A stretch of 64,000 nt of DNA from an uncultured Aureimonas sp. (GCF_913775355.1 NZ_CAJYIU010000041.1:1503-65502); one strand, 5' to 3'; counted from the first letter of the stretch, positions 49,348 through 60,092 are shown. Numbers and translations: made by a program. The notes: generated by a model not told the origin, from the sequence alone.

Positions 49348-51086
49348 CCGATCGCGGCGCCCGCGGTCGCGCGGCTGTCGATCGCGCCAAAGAAGCGCTC
49401 CTTCGACGACGGGTCCCGCGCGGCAAGGCTCGGGCCGCCGATCAGGATGCCGGCCGCCTCGCCCCAGACCGGCCAGTCCGGGTCCTCGGCGACCTTGTGG
49501 CCTTTGGCGGCCAGAAGCGCGATCGTGTCGGGCGACAGGGCGTGCGGCTCGATCGTGATGCGGTCGGGCTGCCACTGGTGGTGGATGCGCGGCGCGTCGA
49601 TCGCCTCTTGGATGTCCATTCCGTGCTCGATGACGTTGAGGATCGCCTCCAGCGTGATGGTGATGATGCGCGAGCCGCCGGGGCTGCCGATCACCATCAG
49701 CGGCTCGCCGTCCTTCGAGACGACCGTCGGGCTCATCGAGGAGAGCGGCGACTTGCCCGGCTCGATCGCGTTGGCCTCGCCCTGCACGAGGCCGTAGAGG
49801 TTGGGCACGCCGGGCTTCTGCGTGAAGTCGTCCATCTCGTTGTTGAGGAGGATGCCGGTGCCGGGCGCGACGACGCGCGCGCCGAACGAGCCGTTCAGGG
49901 TGTAGGTGACGGCGACCGCGTTGCCGTCCTTGTCGACGATCGAATAGTGCGTCGTCTCGTGGCTCTCGCCCATGCCGGCGGGCTTGAGGTCGGCCGAGAC
50001 ACCCGCGCGGTTGGGGTCGATCTTGGCGCGGATCTCGGCCGCGTGCTCCTCGGACAGGAGTTTCTCGACCGGGTTCTTGACGAAATCCGGGTCGCCGAGC
50101 GCCGAGTTGCGGTCGACATAGGCGTGGCGCATCGCCTCGGCCATCAGGTGGACGGTCTCGGCCGAGCCGAACCCGGTATAGGCGATCGGGTAGGCCTTCA
50201 GGATGTTGAGGATCTCGCAGATGATGACGCCGCCCGAACTCGGCGGCGGCGAGGAGACGATCTCGTAGCCCTTGTAGTCGCAGCGGATGGGCGCGAGTTC
50301 ACGGACCTTGTAGCCCTCGAAGTCGGCGGTCTCGAGGATGCCGCCATGGGCGCGCGAGGCGTCGACGATCGCCTGCGCGGCCGGCCCGCGATAGAAGCCA
50401 TCGGGGCCGCGTTCCGAGATCGTCCGCAGGACGCCGGCGAGATCGCCCTGCACCAGCCGCTCGCCGACCGCGTAGGGCGTCGCGCCGGCTTTCAAGAAGA
50501 TCGCGGCGGCCGCGGGGTCCTTGGCGAGGTCCGCGTTGCCCTCCCGGAAGCTCGCGACATCGCCGGGCGAGAGCGCGAAGCCGTCGCTCGCGAGCCGGAT
50601 CGCCGGGGCGAGAAGGTCGGGTCGCTCGCGCGTGCCGTAGCGCTCGCGCGCGTATTCGAAGCCCGCGACCGAGCCGGGCACGCCGACCGCGAGATAGCCG
50701 TCGGTGGACAGGCCCTCGACCGGGTTGCCGTCCCGGTCGAGATACATGTCGCGGGTCGACCGTCCGGGCGCGCGCTCGCGAAAATCGATGAAGGTTGAGC
50801 GCCCGTCCTTGAGGCGGATCGTCATGAAGCCGCCGCCGCCGAGATTGCCGGCGGTCGGATAGGTGACGGCGAGCGCGTAACCGACGGCGACCGCAGCATC
50901 CACCGCGTTGCCGCCCGCCTTCAGGACCTCGACGCCGACTTCGCTCGCCAGCCGCTGGGCGGTGACGACCATGCCGTTCTCGCCGGCGACCGGCGCGGGC
51001 GAGGCGGCGAAGGCGGCGGTGGTCTGCAGCAGGCAGAGCGTCAGGACGCCGGCCTGGCCGGCGCGCGCAAGTCGATGGATGGACAT
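49341..51086 (-). CDS. ggt: gamma-glutamyltransferase
   Basis: GGNAVDAAVA, IDFRE, autocleavage site ETTHYSIVD, LNNEMDDF, PLSSMSPT, GSPGG. Confidence 0.95.
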   Translation of the reverse strand: MSIHRLARAGQAGVLTLCLLQTTAAFAASPAPVAGENGMVVTAQRLASEVGVEVLKAGGNAVDAAVAVGYALAVTYPTAGNLGGGGFMTIRLKDGRSTFIDFRERAPGRSTRDMYLDRDGNPVEGLSTDGYLAVGVPGSVAGFEYARERYGTRERPDLLAPAIRLASDGFALSPGDVASFREGNADLAKDPAAAAIFLKAGATPYAVGERLVQGDLAGVLRTISERGPDGFYRGPAAQAIVDASRAHGGILETADFEGYKVRELAPIRCDYKGYEIVSSPPPSSGGVIICEILNILKAYPIAYTGFGSAETVHLMAEAMRHAYVDRNSALGDPDFVKNPVEKLLSEEHAAEIRAKIDPNRAGVSADLKPAGMGESHETTHYSIVDKDGNAVAVTYTLNGSFGARVVAPGTGILLNNEMDDFTQKPGVPNLYGLVQGEANAIEPGKSPLSSMSPTVVSKDGEPLMVIGSPGGSRIITITLEAILNVIEHGMDIQEAIDAPRIHHQWQPDRITIEPHALSPDTIALLAAKGHKVAEDPDWPVWGEAAGILIGGPSLAARDPSSKERFFGAIDSRATAGAAIGY

Positions 51087-51224
51087 GAAGAGGCTCCCCG
51101 ATCTCTTGGACACGCGGGAGGATGGCGCAACTCGGCCGCGCTGTCGAAACGAAAGCGACATGGGACCTGTCGTTCGGGAGAAACCGACTAGCGGCAGAAC
51201 GAGGCCGATCCAAAGGAGGACGCC

Positions 51225-51380
51225 ATGCTCGCCCGTTTCAGCCGTCTCGTCAGCGCTCGCCGTCGCCGCCGCGCGGCGCTCGACGCCATTCGTCACCTCG
51301 ACGCGCGGTTGCTCGCCGATGTCGGTCTCCGCCGTGCGGGTGGCGGCTGGCTCGTCGAGCGCCTTCCGGCCGCTGGCTGA
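51225..51380 (+). CDS. DUF1127 (YjiS-like) small Arg-rich protein, 51 aa
   Basis: AAAGGAGGA RBS; MLARFSRLVSARRRRRAALDAIRHLDARLLADVGLRR matches the DUF1127 pattern; below 60-aa ORF cutoff. Confidence 0.8.
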   Translation: MLARFSRLVSARRRRRAALDAIRHLDARLLADVGLRRAGGGWLVERLPAAG

Positions 51381-51384
51381 ACCA

Positions 51385-52389
51385 TCAGCCCTTCACATCG
51401 ATCCGGCGGCTCTCGGACACTACGGTCTCGCCGTTGCGCACCACATCGACCGACACCGTCCAGAGGCCGGGGGCGAGGGGGCGCTTGCGTCCGGCAAAGG
51501 CGGAATAGGCCGCCTTGCTGCTGTCGACCGGGGAGCTCGATCCCTCGTAGAACGGCGTGCCGTCCGGCGCCGTCATGCGGAAGGCGAGCGTGTCGCCCTT
51601 CGACAGGTTGTTGACCCAGGCCCAGACGATCGCCGCATCGCCGCCAGCCAGCGGGGTCGGCGGCCCGCCCTCGACGACGAGGCGCGCGTAGTCGACCGGG
51701 GCTGCGGCGATGCCGAGGCCGAGAACGGCGGTCGGCCCCTTCGAGAGCGCCGCGACGGCCACCGGATCGAAGAGCGTGCCGGCGAAGGCCGGGCCGGCGG
51801 AGCAGCCCGCGCCCACCGCGCGCCCGCTCGCCGGATCGATCTTCTCGCCGTTGTGGCGCACCGACAGGTGGACATGCGGAAACTCGGCGGCGCCCGACGC
51901 ACCGATCTGCCCGAGCACCGCCCCGGCCTCAACCCGGTCGCCGGTCTTCACCCGGATGCTGCCGCGGCGGAGGTGACAGACCTGCGTTTCCCAGCCGTCG
52001 CCGTTGTCGATCACGACGCCGTTGCCGCACTCGACGCCCTTCACGCTGTCGCGCGATTCTCGCGTCGGCCCGATCAGCCGGTCGGGCATCGCGTCGCGAA
52101 AGCCCTTCACGGTGCCGGCGGCGGGCGCGACCACGGCGACGCCCCGCGCCACGTCGGCCATGGAGCGCACGCGGATGTCGAGCCCGTCGTGCCCGTCATA
52201 GGCGGCCATGCCGCAGAACGGGTCGCTGGCGCCCGGCCCCGCGTCCATGTCGGGCCACTGCTGGACGAAGCAGTCCTGCCCGATCGTGCAGGCGACGGGC
52301 AGCCCGAGCCGGAACTCGGCGCGGGCCGCCGGGATGCCGGTCCCGAGCGCCGCGGCGGCAAGGGCGGCGATGATCGCGTGGCGTGTCAT
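51385..52389 (-). CDS. M23 family metallopeptidase
   Basis: Signal peptide; YDGHDGLDI, CGNGVVI, TQVCHL, FPHVHL zinc motifs. Confidence 0.88.
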   Translation of the reverse strand: MTRHAIIAALAAAALGTGIPAARAEFRLGLPVACTIGQDCFVQQWPDMDAGPGASDPFCGMAAYDGHDGLDIRVRSMADVARGVAVVAPAAGTVKGFRDAMPDRLIGPTRESRDSVKGVECGNGVVIDNGDGWETQVCHLRRGSIRVKTGDRVEAGAVLGQIGASGAAEFPHVHLSVRHNGEKIDPASGRAVGAGCSAGPAFAGTLFDPVAVAALSKGPTAVLGLGIAAAPVDYARLVVEGGPPTPLAGGDAAIVWAWVNNLSKGDTLAFRMTAPDGTPFYEGSSSPVDSSKAAYSAFAGRKRPLAPGLWTVSVDVVRNGETVVSESRRIDVKG

Positions 52390-52567
52390 GAGGGGTCCGC
52401 TCCCGTCAGGTGTCCCGTCGCCGAGGCGTCGGCTGCAAATCGGGCACAGGCATGGCGGGAACCGTTGATGCAGGGGCCATCCAAGGCTTTGAAGGGTTTG
52501 TCAGGTGCTCGCGCGTTCGGCTAAGGGTCGATCGCCCCACGAGCGCCAGCGGACGCCAGGACGAATC

Positions 52568-53872
52568 ATGGTCGCCATCGACATCGCCACCCGGGTCTGG
52601 AACCACACGTTCAAGCTCGACCCCATCGTCCGCTCGCTGCTCGACACGGACTTCTACAAGCTCCTGATGCTGCAGATGGTCTGGGGGCTGCACGGCGACA
52701 CCGACGTCACCTTCCGCCTCATCAACCGCACGAAGACCGTGCGCGTCGCCGACGAGATCGACGAGGGCGAACTGCGCGCCCAGCTCGACCACGCGCGCTC
52801 AGTCCGCTTCTCCAAGCGCGAGATGATCTGGCTCGCCGGCAACACGTTCTACGGCGAGCGCCAGATCTTTCGGCCCGCCTTCCTCGAATGGCTGAAGGAC
52901 TTTCAGCTTCCGCCTTACGAATTGTCCAAGCGCGACGGCCAGTACGAACTCATGTTCTTCGGGCGCTGGACCGACACGATGATGTGGGAGATCCCGGCGC
53001 TCGCCATCATCAACGAGCTGCGCTCGCGCGCGGCGATGAAGACCTACCGCCGTTTCGAGCTCGATGTGCTCTACGCCCGCGCCAAGGCGAAGATGTGGGA
53101 GAAGGTCGAGCGGCTCGACAAGCTGCCGGCGATCCGCATCTCCGACTTCGGCACGCGCCGCCGCCACTCGTTCCTGTGGCAGCGCTGGTGCGTCGAGGCG
53201 CTGAAGGAAAAGCTCGGCCCCCGCTTCATCGGCTCGTCCAACGTGCTCCTCGCGATGGAGGCCGATCTGGAAGCCATCGGCACCAACGCGCACGAGCTGC
53301 CGATGGTCGCGGCCGCGCTCGCCGACACCGAAGCCGAGCTGCGTGAGGCGCCCTACCGTGTGCTCGAGGAGTGGCAGAGCTGGTACGGCGGCAACCTCCT
53401 CGTGGTGCTGCCCGACGCCTTCGGCACCGCCTCGTTCCTTGAGCGCGCGCCCGACTGGGTCGGCAACTGGACGGGATTCCGCCCCGATTCCGCGCCGCCG
53501 ATCGAGGGCGGCGAGGCGATCATGGCGTGGTGGCGCTCGAAGGGGATCGATCCGCGCGAGAAGCTTCTCGTCTTCTCCGACGGGATGGACATCGACACGA
53601 TCGAGGAGACCTACCGCCACTTCGACGGGCGCGTGCGCATGAGCTTCGGCTGGGGCACCAACCTCACCAACGATTTTCGCGGCGTCGCGCCGGAGGAGAA
53701 CTTCGGCCTCCACCCGATCTCGCTGGTCTGCAAGGTGATGGAGGCGAACGGCCGCCCGGCGGTCAAGCTCTCCGACAATCCCGCCAAGGCGACGGGCCGG
53801 CCGGAGGACATTGAGCGCTATCGCCGGGTGTTCGGCACGGCGGCGAAAATTCCGCGCGAGGTCGTGGTTTGA
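52568..53872 (+). CDS. pncB: nicotinate phosphoribosyltransferase
   Basis: [43 protein letters not shown]. Confidence 0.96.
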   Translation: MVAIDIATRVWNHTFKLDPIVRSLLDTDFYKLLMLQMVWGLHGDTDVTFRLINRTKTVRVADEIDEGELRAQLDHARSVRFSKREMIWLAGNTFYGERQIFRPAFLEWLKDFQLPPYELSKRDGQYELMFFGRWTDTMMWEIPALAIINELRSRAAMKTYRRFELDVLYARAKAKMWEKVERLDKLPAIRISDFGTRRRHSFLWQRWCVEALKEKLGPRFIGSSNVLLAMEADLEAIGTNAHELPMVAAALADTEAELREAPYRVLEEWQSWYGGNLLVVLPDAFGTASFLERAPDWVGNWTGFRPDSAPPIEGGEAIMAWWRSKGIDPREKLLVFSDGMDIDTIEETYRHFDGRVRMSFGWGTNLTNDFRGVAPEENFGLHPISLVCKVMEANGRPAVKLSDNPAKATGRPEDIERYRRVFGTAAKIPREVVV

Positions 53873-54004
53873 GAATATCGTCCCTTCAAGCCTGACCCGT
53901 CTTCGTGCAAACGGGTGGATCATGACCTCCGCGGGGCTTTTGCTGCACCGCATCCGGCTCTATCTCCGGAGCCGACACACGATCTCTTGCCCGAAGGTTC
54001 GATC

Positions 54005-54832
54005 ATGACCGCCACCGCCGAGACCGCGGCCCAGGCTTCCGGCGCGCCGAGCTTCCCGATCCCCGCCAACGTCTTCGCCGAGACGGTGACCGAGGTGAAG
54101 CACTACACCGACTCGCTGTTCAAGTTTCGGATGACGCGTCCGGCGAGCTTCCGCTTCCGCACCGGCGAGTTCGCGATGATCGGCCTGCCCAACGCCGAGA
54201 AGCCGGTGTTCCGAGCCTATTCGATCGCGAGCCCCTCCTGGGACGAGGAACTCGAGTTCTTCTCGATCAAGGTGCCGAACGGCCCGCTCACCGAGCACCT
54301 GCAGAAGATCAAGCCCGGCGATACGGTCCTGATGCGCAAGAAGCCGACGGGCACGCTGGTGCTCGACGCGCTCCTGCCGGGCAAGCGGCTCTATCTCTTC
54401 TCGACAGGCACCGGCATCGCGCCGTTCGCCGGCACGATCCGCGACCCGGAGACCTACGAGAAGTTCGACCAGATCATTCTGACGCATACGACACGCACGC
54501 TGGCCGAACTGCACTACGGCGAAGAACTCGTCGAGGCGCTGCGGACCGACGAGATGCTGGCCGAGATCAGCCAGGGCAAGCTCCTCTACCACGGCTCGGC
54601 CACCCGCGAGGGCGAGCACAAGGGCGAGCGCATCACGACGCTGATGGAGACCGGCAAGCTCTTCACCGATCTCGGCGTGCCGCCGATCGACCCGGCCGAA
54701 GACCGCGCGATGATCTGCGGCTCGATGGCGATGCTGAAGGATACGGCCGCGATGTGCGAGCGCTTCGGCCTCGTCGAGGGTTCCAACGCCAATCCCGGCA
54801 CCTATGTCGTGGAGCGCGCCTTCGTCGACTGA
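54005..54832 (+). CDS. fpr: ferredoxin--NADP(+) reductase
   Basis: RAYSIAS, GPLT, TGTGIAPF, MICGS, VVERAFVD. Confidence 0.95.
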   Translation: MTATAETAAQASGAPSFPIPANVFAETVTEVKHYTDSLFKFRMTRPASFRFRTGEFAMIGLPNAEKPVFRAYSIASPSWDEELEFFSIKVPNGPLTEHLQKIKPGDTVLMRKKPTGTLVLDALLPGKRLYLFSTGTGIAPFAGTIRDPETYEKFDQIILTHTTRTLAELHYGEELVEALRTDEMLAEISQGKLLYHGSATREGEHKGERITTLMETGKLFTDLGVPPIDPAEDRAMICGSMAMLKDTAAMCERFGLVEGSNANPGTYVVERAFVD

Positions 54833-54866
54833 TAGAACGGGGCTCGTTTCCCGCCGGAGAGCCCCG

Positions 54867-55712
54867 ATGACAGCCTGGACGCCCGTCGCCGACTTCGACG
54901 CCGCCTACGACAATTCGGCGGCGGTGCCGGGCTCCGCCGCGATCATCGCCGAGCTTCCGCGCCAAGCCGCCGCCTATCGCGAGGCGGCGGGCGCGCGGGG
55001 CTTCGCCGAGTTCGATATTCCCTATGGGCCGCACGAGCGCCATCGCCTCGACCTCTTCCGGCCCGACCGCGACACGCCGGCCGGCCTCGTCGTCTATGTC
55101 CACGGCGGCTACTGGAAGGCGCTCGACAAGTCGGTCTGGTCGCATCTGGCAAGGGGCGCGCGCGACAACGGGTTCGCGGTCGCCGTCCCGAGCTATCGCC
55201 TGGCGCCGGAAGCGCGCGTCGCCGAGATCGGCGAGGACGTGGCGCGAGCCATCGTCTACGCCGCAGGGCTCATCGCCGGCCCGATCCGCCTCGTCGGCCA
55301 TTCCGCCGGCGGTCACCTTGTGGCGCGCCAGATCGCGAGCGACTCGCCGCTGCCCGCGCCCGTCATGTCCCGCATCGATCTCGTGGTACCGATCAGCGGC
55401 CTGTCGGATCTGCGCCCCATCCGGCGCACGCGGATGAACGATGTTCTGCGCATCGACGAGCGCGAGGCGCAGGCGGAAAGCCCGGCATTGCTCGAGCCGG
55501 TCGTCGACTGCCGGATCGAGGCGGTGGTCGGCGCGGACGAACTTCCCGAACTGCGCCGCCAGACGGATGCGCTCGCCTCGGCCTGGGCGGGGCTCGGCGC
55601 GCGGATTACCGCGACCGAGCTGCCCGGCACCCATCACTTCGACGTCGTCGAGAGCCTCGGGCAGGCCTCCGGCCGGCTGTCGCGACTTTTGACGGGCGGC
55701 GCGCCGCTCTGA
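54867..55712 (+). CDS. alpha/beta hydrolase (arylformamidase/AFMID-like)
   Basis: YVHGGYW, GHSAGG, HHFDV. Confidence 0.85.
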   Translation: MTAWTPVADFDAAYDNSAAVPGSAAIIAELPRQAAAYREAAGARGFAEFDIPYGPHERHRLDLFRPDRDTPAGLVVYVHGGYWKALDKSVWSHLARGARDNGFAVAVPSYRLAPEARVAEIGEDVARAIVYAAGLIAGPIRLVGHSAGGHLVARQIASDSPLPAPVMSRIDLVVPISGLSDLRPIRRTRMNDVLRIDEREAQAESPALLEPVVDCRIEAVVGADELPELRRQTDALASAWAGLGARITATELPGTHHFDVVESLGQASGRLSRLLTGGAPL

Positions 55713-55735
55713 TAGGCGAAGGCCGGAGGTCCCCC

Positions 55736-55984
55736 ATGCAAGCCATCTTCGTTCAGTTCAAGTGTCGCCCGGGCAAGGCCTATGCCGTCGCCTCCGCCCT
55801 CGTCGAGACGGTGGAGGAAATCTCCGAGGTCTATTCGACGTCGGGCCAGTACGACCTCATCGCCAAGTTCTATCTCGAGGCCGGGCGCGACATCGGCCAC
55901 TTCGTCACCGAGCGCCTGCAGGTGCTCGACGGGGTGTCGGATACGTTCACGACGGTCGCCTTCAAGGCGTTCGGACGCGCCTGA
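55736..55984 (+). CDS. stand-alone Lrp/AsnC ligand-binding domain protein
   Basis: 82 aa; EVYSTSGQYDLIAK, no HTH. Confidence 0.85.
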   Translation: MQAIFVQFKCRPGKAYAVASALVETVEEISEVYSTSGQYDLIAKFYLEAGRDIGHFVTERLQVLDGVSDTFTTVAFKAFGRA

Positions 55985-55987
55985 CCG

Positions 55988-56851
55988 ATGGCACAGAAGT
56001 CCTGCCGCCTCGCCGCGCTGGTCTCCTCGCCGGACGAGGCACGACGGGCCTTGGAGGCGGGAGCCGACTACGTGCTGGCTCCCACGCGCCGCGACCGCTC
56101 CGGCCTCGGCGTGCCCGACCGGCTGAAGGGCGATGGCGAGCAGACGCTGTATGCGATCGCCGCCGACGAGTCCCTGCCGTCGGAGCCGCGGCGGGTGCGC
56201 AGCGTCGAGACGCCTGCCGATCCAACCGCTCTGCGCGCCGATGCGGGCGGCATCGTGCTTCTCGATCCCGGCCGCCCGAGCCTGCGGGCCTTTTCCGCCG
56301 AGACCATCGCCAACCACATCGCGGCGTGTCGCGCGGCCGGCGCCGAATGCTGGCTGGCCGGCGCGCTGGAACTCCCCGACATTCCGCGGTTGATGGCCCT
56401 CTCGCCGGACGTCCTGGTCGTCGAGGGCTTCGACGAGGCGGCGCTGGCTCAGGCCGGCCGGATGCTGCGATCGGCCGAGGCGCCGCTCGCAGACGCGCCG
56501 ACCGATCTCATCCGCGTCACCAATTTCATCCTGCAGGCGCGGGTCGGGGCCTACGGCTTCGAGCGCGAACGCAACCAGCGCGTCCGCTTCAGCGTCGAGG
56601 CGGCGGTCCGGCGTTCGGTCGCGGGCGTGCCGAGGGCGATGGGCGACGTCTATTCCTATGACATCGTGATGGATGCCGCGCGGCGGCTGTGCGAGCGTGG
56701 GCATACCGACCTCGTGGAGACGCTGGCCGAGGACCTCGCCGCCGAGCTTCTGGCGGATCGCCGCGTCGCCGAGGTGATGGTGCGGGTCGAAAAGCTCGAC
56801 CTCGGGCCCGAAGCGGTCGGCATCGAGATCCGGCGGAAGGCCGGCAGCTAG
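55988..56851 (+). CDS. folB: degenerate MfnB/DUF556-like domain fused to dihydroneopterin aldolase
   Basis: N-term LVSSPDEARRALEAGAD and LAGALELPDIPRL resemble DUF556; C-term GAYGFERE, YSYD, LVETLAE, RVEK are FolB motifs. Confidence 0.72.
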   Translation: MAQKSCRLAALVSSPDEARRALEAGADYVLAPTRRDRSGLGVPDRLKGDGEQTLYAIAADESLPSEPRRVRSVETPADPTALRADAGGIVLLDPGRPSLRAFSAETIANHIAACRAAGAECWLAGALELPDIPRLMALSPDVLVVEGFDEAALAQAGRMLRSAEAPLADAPTDLIRVTNFILQARVGAYGFERERNQRVRFSVEAAVRRSVAGVPRAMGDVYSYDIVMDAARRLCERGHTDLVETLAEDLAAELLADRRVAEVMVRVEKLDLGPEAVGIEIRRKAGS

Positions 56852-56977
56852 AGGAGCTTGCCCCGGGCTCACGCTTGCGTGAGAAGGAACCTTCCAACCC
56901 GCAGGAAACTTGTTCAAAATACGGCGCGGGGCAGGATCGCCGCGTGCGTGTTTCGGTTGAGTCGGGAGTTGCCTGAA

Positions 56978-57622
56978 ATGAAGGACGTCCTCGTCGTCAA
57001 GTTCGGCGGAAGCTCGATCGCGTCGACGGACCTGCGCAAGTGGGTCGAGGCGATCGAGAAGTCCAAGCGCCGCCTCGTGGTCGTGCCCGGCGGCGGTCCG
57101 TTCGCCAAGCTCGTGCGCCAGTACCAGACCCGCATCGGCTACGACGACGACGCGGCCCATCGCATGGCGATCCTCGGGATGGAGCAGTTCGGCCACGCGC
57201 TGGCGAGTCTGGGCACGCGCCTGCGCCCCGCCGCGACGCTGGATGCGATCGCCGCCGCGCACGGCGAGGGCCTGATTCCCGTCTGGATGCCGGCCAAGCT
57301 CGTGATCCGCGCCGACGAGATCGAGCACACCTGGAGCACCACGTCGGACAGTCTCGCCGCCTGGCTCGCCGGCCAGTTCGAGGGCGCCTCGCTCTGCCTC
57401 ATCAAGCAGATCGACCTGCCGGCCGGCTCGACGATCGAGGCCGTGTCGGCCGCCGGCGTCGTCGATACCGGTTTCGCCAGCCTCCTCCATCCGGCGACCC
57501 GCGTCTTCGTAGCCGGACCGTCCGATCTGGCCATTGCCGGCCGGCGGCTGACGGAAGGCGCCGTGCCCGGTCGCGAGGTGACGCACGAGAAGCAGAACGG
57601 CTTCGTCGAAGCCGCGCAGTGA
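56978..57622 (+). CDS. amino-acid-kinase-fold protein (MfnE/methylotroph Orf21-like)
   Basis: VVKFGGS, VVPGGGPFA, AHRMAILGM, TSDSLAAW. Confidence 0.75.
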   Translation: MKDVLVVKFGGSSIASTDLRKWVEAIEKSKRRLVVVPGGGPFAKLVRQYQTRIGYDDDAAHRMAILGMEQFGHALASLGTRLRPAATLDAIAAAHGEGLIPVWMPAKLVIRADEIEHTWSTTSDSLAAWLAGQFEGASLCLIKQIDLPAGSTIEAVSAAGVVDTGFASLLHPATRVFVAGPSDLAIAGRRLTEGAVPGREVTHEKQNGFVEAAQ

Positions 57623-58485
57623 CGCTCCTCGACGACGCGCCCGCCAGTACGGATACGCCGTTTCCCGCCGCCCCGCCGCCGCGCCTCCAGCGCGCTCGGG
57701 GCGAGGCTCGCGCGAGCGTCGGGCCGGTCCCGCGAGGGCCCGGCACCCGTACCGCCATCCGTCGCCTCCATCAGGCCGGCTGCCTCAAGCTGCGGTTTCC
57801 GCGTCTGGCGGACGGCGAATGCCAGGCCGTCGTCATCAACACCTCGGGGGGCCTGACCGGCGGCGACCGGCTGACGCTCGGCTTCGAGGTCGAGCCGCGC
57901 GGGGCCCTCACCGTCACCACGCAGGCCTGCGAGCGCGTCTACCGCTCGGTGGGCGGCGCGGCGGAGGTCGATTTGTCGATTCAGCTCGGACCGGAGGCGT
58001 CGCTCGCCTACCTGCCGCAGGAGACGATCCTCTTCGAGGGCGGGCGCCTGTCGCGCCGCCTCACGCTCGATGCCGCCACCGACAGCCGGTTCCTGCTTCT
58101 GGAAAGCGTGATTCTCGGCCGCGCGGCAATGGGGGAGACGGTCGCCGACGGCCTCATCGCCGATCGCTGGCGGATCCGGCGCGACTTGCGGCTGATCCTG
58201 GCCGAGGACCTCCGTCTCGGCGGCGACATCGCGGCGCTCGGGCGGGAGGGCGCGACGCTCGGTGGCGGCCGCGCCTTCTCGACACTGGTCTGGCAGGGGC
58301 CGGACCCGGCCGGGATGCTGACGAACGTGCGCGCCGGGCTGGGCAAGACCGAAGGCGCGAGCCTCGTCGATGGTCTTCTCGTGGTGCGGGTCGTGGCGGC
58401 GGACGGTTACGCCTTGAGAAAACGTCTCATGCCGCTGATCGGCCGTCTGGCGCATGCCCCGCTGCCGCTAGTATGGTCGATGTGA
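57619..58485 (+). CDS. ureD: urease accessory protein UreD
   Basis: GTGA overlap; [27 protein letters not shown]. Confidence 0.92.
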   Translation: MTLLDDAPASTDTPFPAAPPPRLQRARGEARASVGPVPRGPGTRTAIRRLHQAGCLKLRFPRLADGECQAVVINTSGGLTGGDRLTLGFEVEPRGALTVTTQACERVYRSVGGAAEVDLSIQLGPEASLAYLPQETILFEGGRLSRRLTLDAATDSRFLLLESVILGRAAMGETVADGLIADRWRIRRDLRLILAEDLRLGGDIAALGREGATLGGGRAFSTLVWQGPDPAGMLTNVRAGLGKTEGASLVDGLLVVRVVAADGYALRKRLMPLIGRLAHAPLPLVWSM

Positions 58486-58513
58486 ATCCTGCGACCGATC
58501 GGAATCGAGCCTG

Positions 58514-58816
58514 ATGAACCTGACCCCGCGCGAGAAGGACAAACTCTTGGTGGCCATGGCGGCGATCGTGGCGCGCAAGCGCCTCGAACGCGGCGTGAAG
58601 CTCAATCACCCGGAGGCGATCGCCCTCATCACCGACTTCGTGGTCGAGGGCGCGCGCGACGGGCGCTCGGTGGCCGACCTGATGGAGGCGGGCGCCCATG
58701 TCGTCACCCGCGATCAGGTGATGGAGGGAATCGCCGAGATGATCCACGACATCCAGGTCGAGGCGACGTTCCCGGACGGCACCAAGCTCGTCACTGTGCA
58801 CGAGCCGATTCGCTGA
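58514..58816 (+). CDS. ureA: urease subunit gamma
   Basis: [31 protein letters not shown]. Confidence 0.97.
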   Translation: MNLTPREKDKLLVAMAAIVARKRLERGVKLNHPEAIALITDFVVEGARDGRSVADLMEAGAHVVTRDQVMEGIAEMIHDIQVEATFPDGTKLVTVHEPIR

Positions 58817-59036
58817 CGGCCGCGCCCGGCACCATCGCGACGACCTCGTCGTGCGGCGTGGTGACGATGAAGCGGTAGCTTCGCGTCGCATGCGAATAGT
58901 AGGCGGGGCCGCTTGTCCCGTTCATCGTCACGATGCGGACCTGGAAGGGTTCCGGCGCGCCTGCGGGGATCGCCGTACCCGCCGTTCCCAGGATGGCCGC
59001 CGCCAGCGCGAACGCGCCCGTCAGCTTGCGTTTCAT
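58791..59036 (-). CDS. hypothetical small exported protein
   Basis: 81 aa with signal-peptide-like [17 protein letters not shown]; overlaps ureA end by 26 bp on opposite strand. Confidence 0.45.
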   Translation of the reverse strand: MKRKLTGAFALAAAILGTAGTAIPAGAPEPFQVRIVTMNGTSGPAYYSHATRSYRFIVTTPHDEVVAMVPGAAVSESARAQ

Positions 59037-59255
59037 GGTCGCTCATTCCCTGTGCCGCCGGTTCTATCGTCGTTCGGCGCTTGCCCGCCGCCGCTGACCG
59101 GCTTGTCTCATCGAAAACTAGCAGCGCGAGGTTTCGATCCGGTGTCGCTCGATCGGGCCCGCTAGAGCGGTCTCTTCGGACCCTCAGCTTTGACAGGGGC
59201 AGCCCGCGACGCCATGATCGCGGGACACGAGGCGACCGGCAGGCAGGCGACGACG

Positions 59256-59567
59256 ATGATCCCAGGCGAGATCCTGACGCGCGAGGGCGAGATCGTTCTC
59301 AACGAGGGGCGTGAGGCGCTGAGCTTGAAGGTCGCCAACACCGGCGATCGCCCGATTCAGGTCGGGTCGCACTATCATTTCGCCGAGACCAACCCAGCGC
59401 TCGACTTCGACCGCGCCGCCGCGCGCGGGATGCGCCTCGACATCGCGGCGGGAACGGCCGTGCGGTTCGAGCCGGGACAGTCGCGCGACGTGCGCCTGAT
59501 CGCCCTTTCGGGCGACCGGCAGGTTCATGGCTTCAACGGCCGCGTCGGCGGCGCCTTGGACGTCTGA
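59256..59567 (+). CDS. ureB: urease subunit beta
   Basis: [30 protein letters not shown]. Confidence 0.96.
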   Translation: MIPGEILTREGEIVLNEGREALSLKVANTGDRPIQVGSHYHFAETNPALDFDRAAARGMRLDIAAGTAVRFEPGQSRDVRLIALSGDRQVHGFNGRVGGALDV

Positions 59568-59582
59568 CCGCCCTCCGGTGGC

Positions 59583-60092
59583 TCAGTTGCCGCGCGAATC
59601 CGGGGTCGCGTTCGGGCCCATGCGCAGCGCCGAGCGAATGGCGCCGAGATCGACGTTCACGCGCGGGCGCGGTATGTTGTAGAGCGAGGCCGGGCCGGCG
59701 CCGGCCTGGCCGTATCCCGTGCCGTTCGAGCCGCTGGAGCCGAGCGTTCCGTCGCTGCCGATGGTCGACGCCGCGCCGACATTGCCCGTGCGCGCGGCCG
59801 CATCCGCGTTGATCGGGTTGAGGGTGGTGGAACCTGCCGTCGCGCGCTGCTGCGTCGAGGTCGCGCTGGAACCGACGCCGCCGGACGAGCCGATCGGGTT
59901 GCTCGCGCCGCCAAGGCTCGGCGTCAGGCCCGTGCCCGTCGTGCCGCCGCTGCTGCCGACGCTGGAGCCGCCGGTTCCCGACGACCCGACCGAGTTCGAC
60001 GCGCCGCCGAGCGACTGTGCGCCGGCCGGGACCGCGATCGACACGGCGGCGAGGGTGGCAAGACCGAGAAGCGACGACGAAGCGCGGCGCAT
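59583..60092 (-). CDS. hypothetical exported Gly/Ser-rich protein
   Basis: Signal peptide MRRASSSLLGLATLAAVSIAVPAGA; repeated GGASNxVGSSG; codon usage coding-like. Confidence 0.7.
   Translation of the reverse strand: MRRASSSLLGLATLAAVSIAVPAGAQSLGGASNSVGSSGTGGSSVGSSGGTTGTGLTPSLGGASNPIGSSGGVGSSATSTQQRATAGSTTLNPINADAAARTGNVGAASTIGSDGTLGSSGSNGTGYGQAGAGPASLYNIPRPRVNVDLGAIRSALRMGPNATPDSRGN

Noticed and set aside
53873-54004. Possible riboswitch upstream of fpr
   Set aside because: No conserved FMN, cobalamin, SAM or TPP core motifs recognisable
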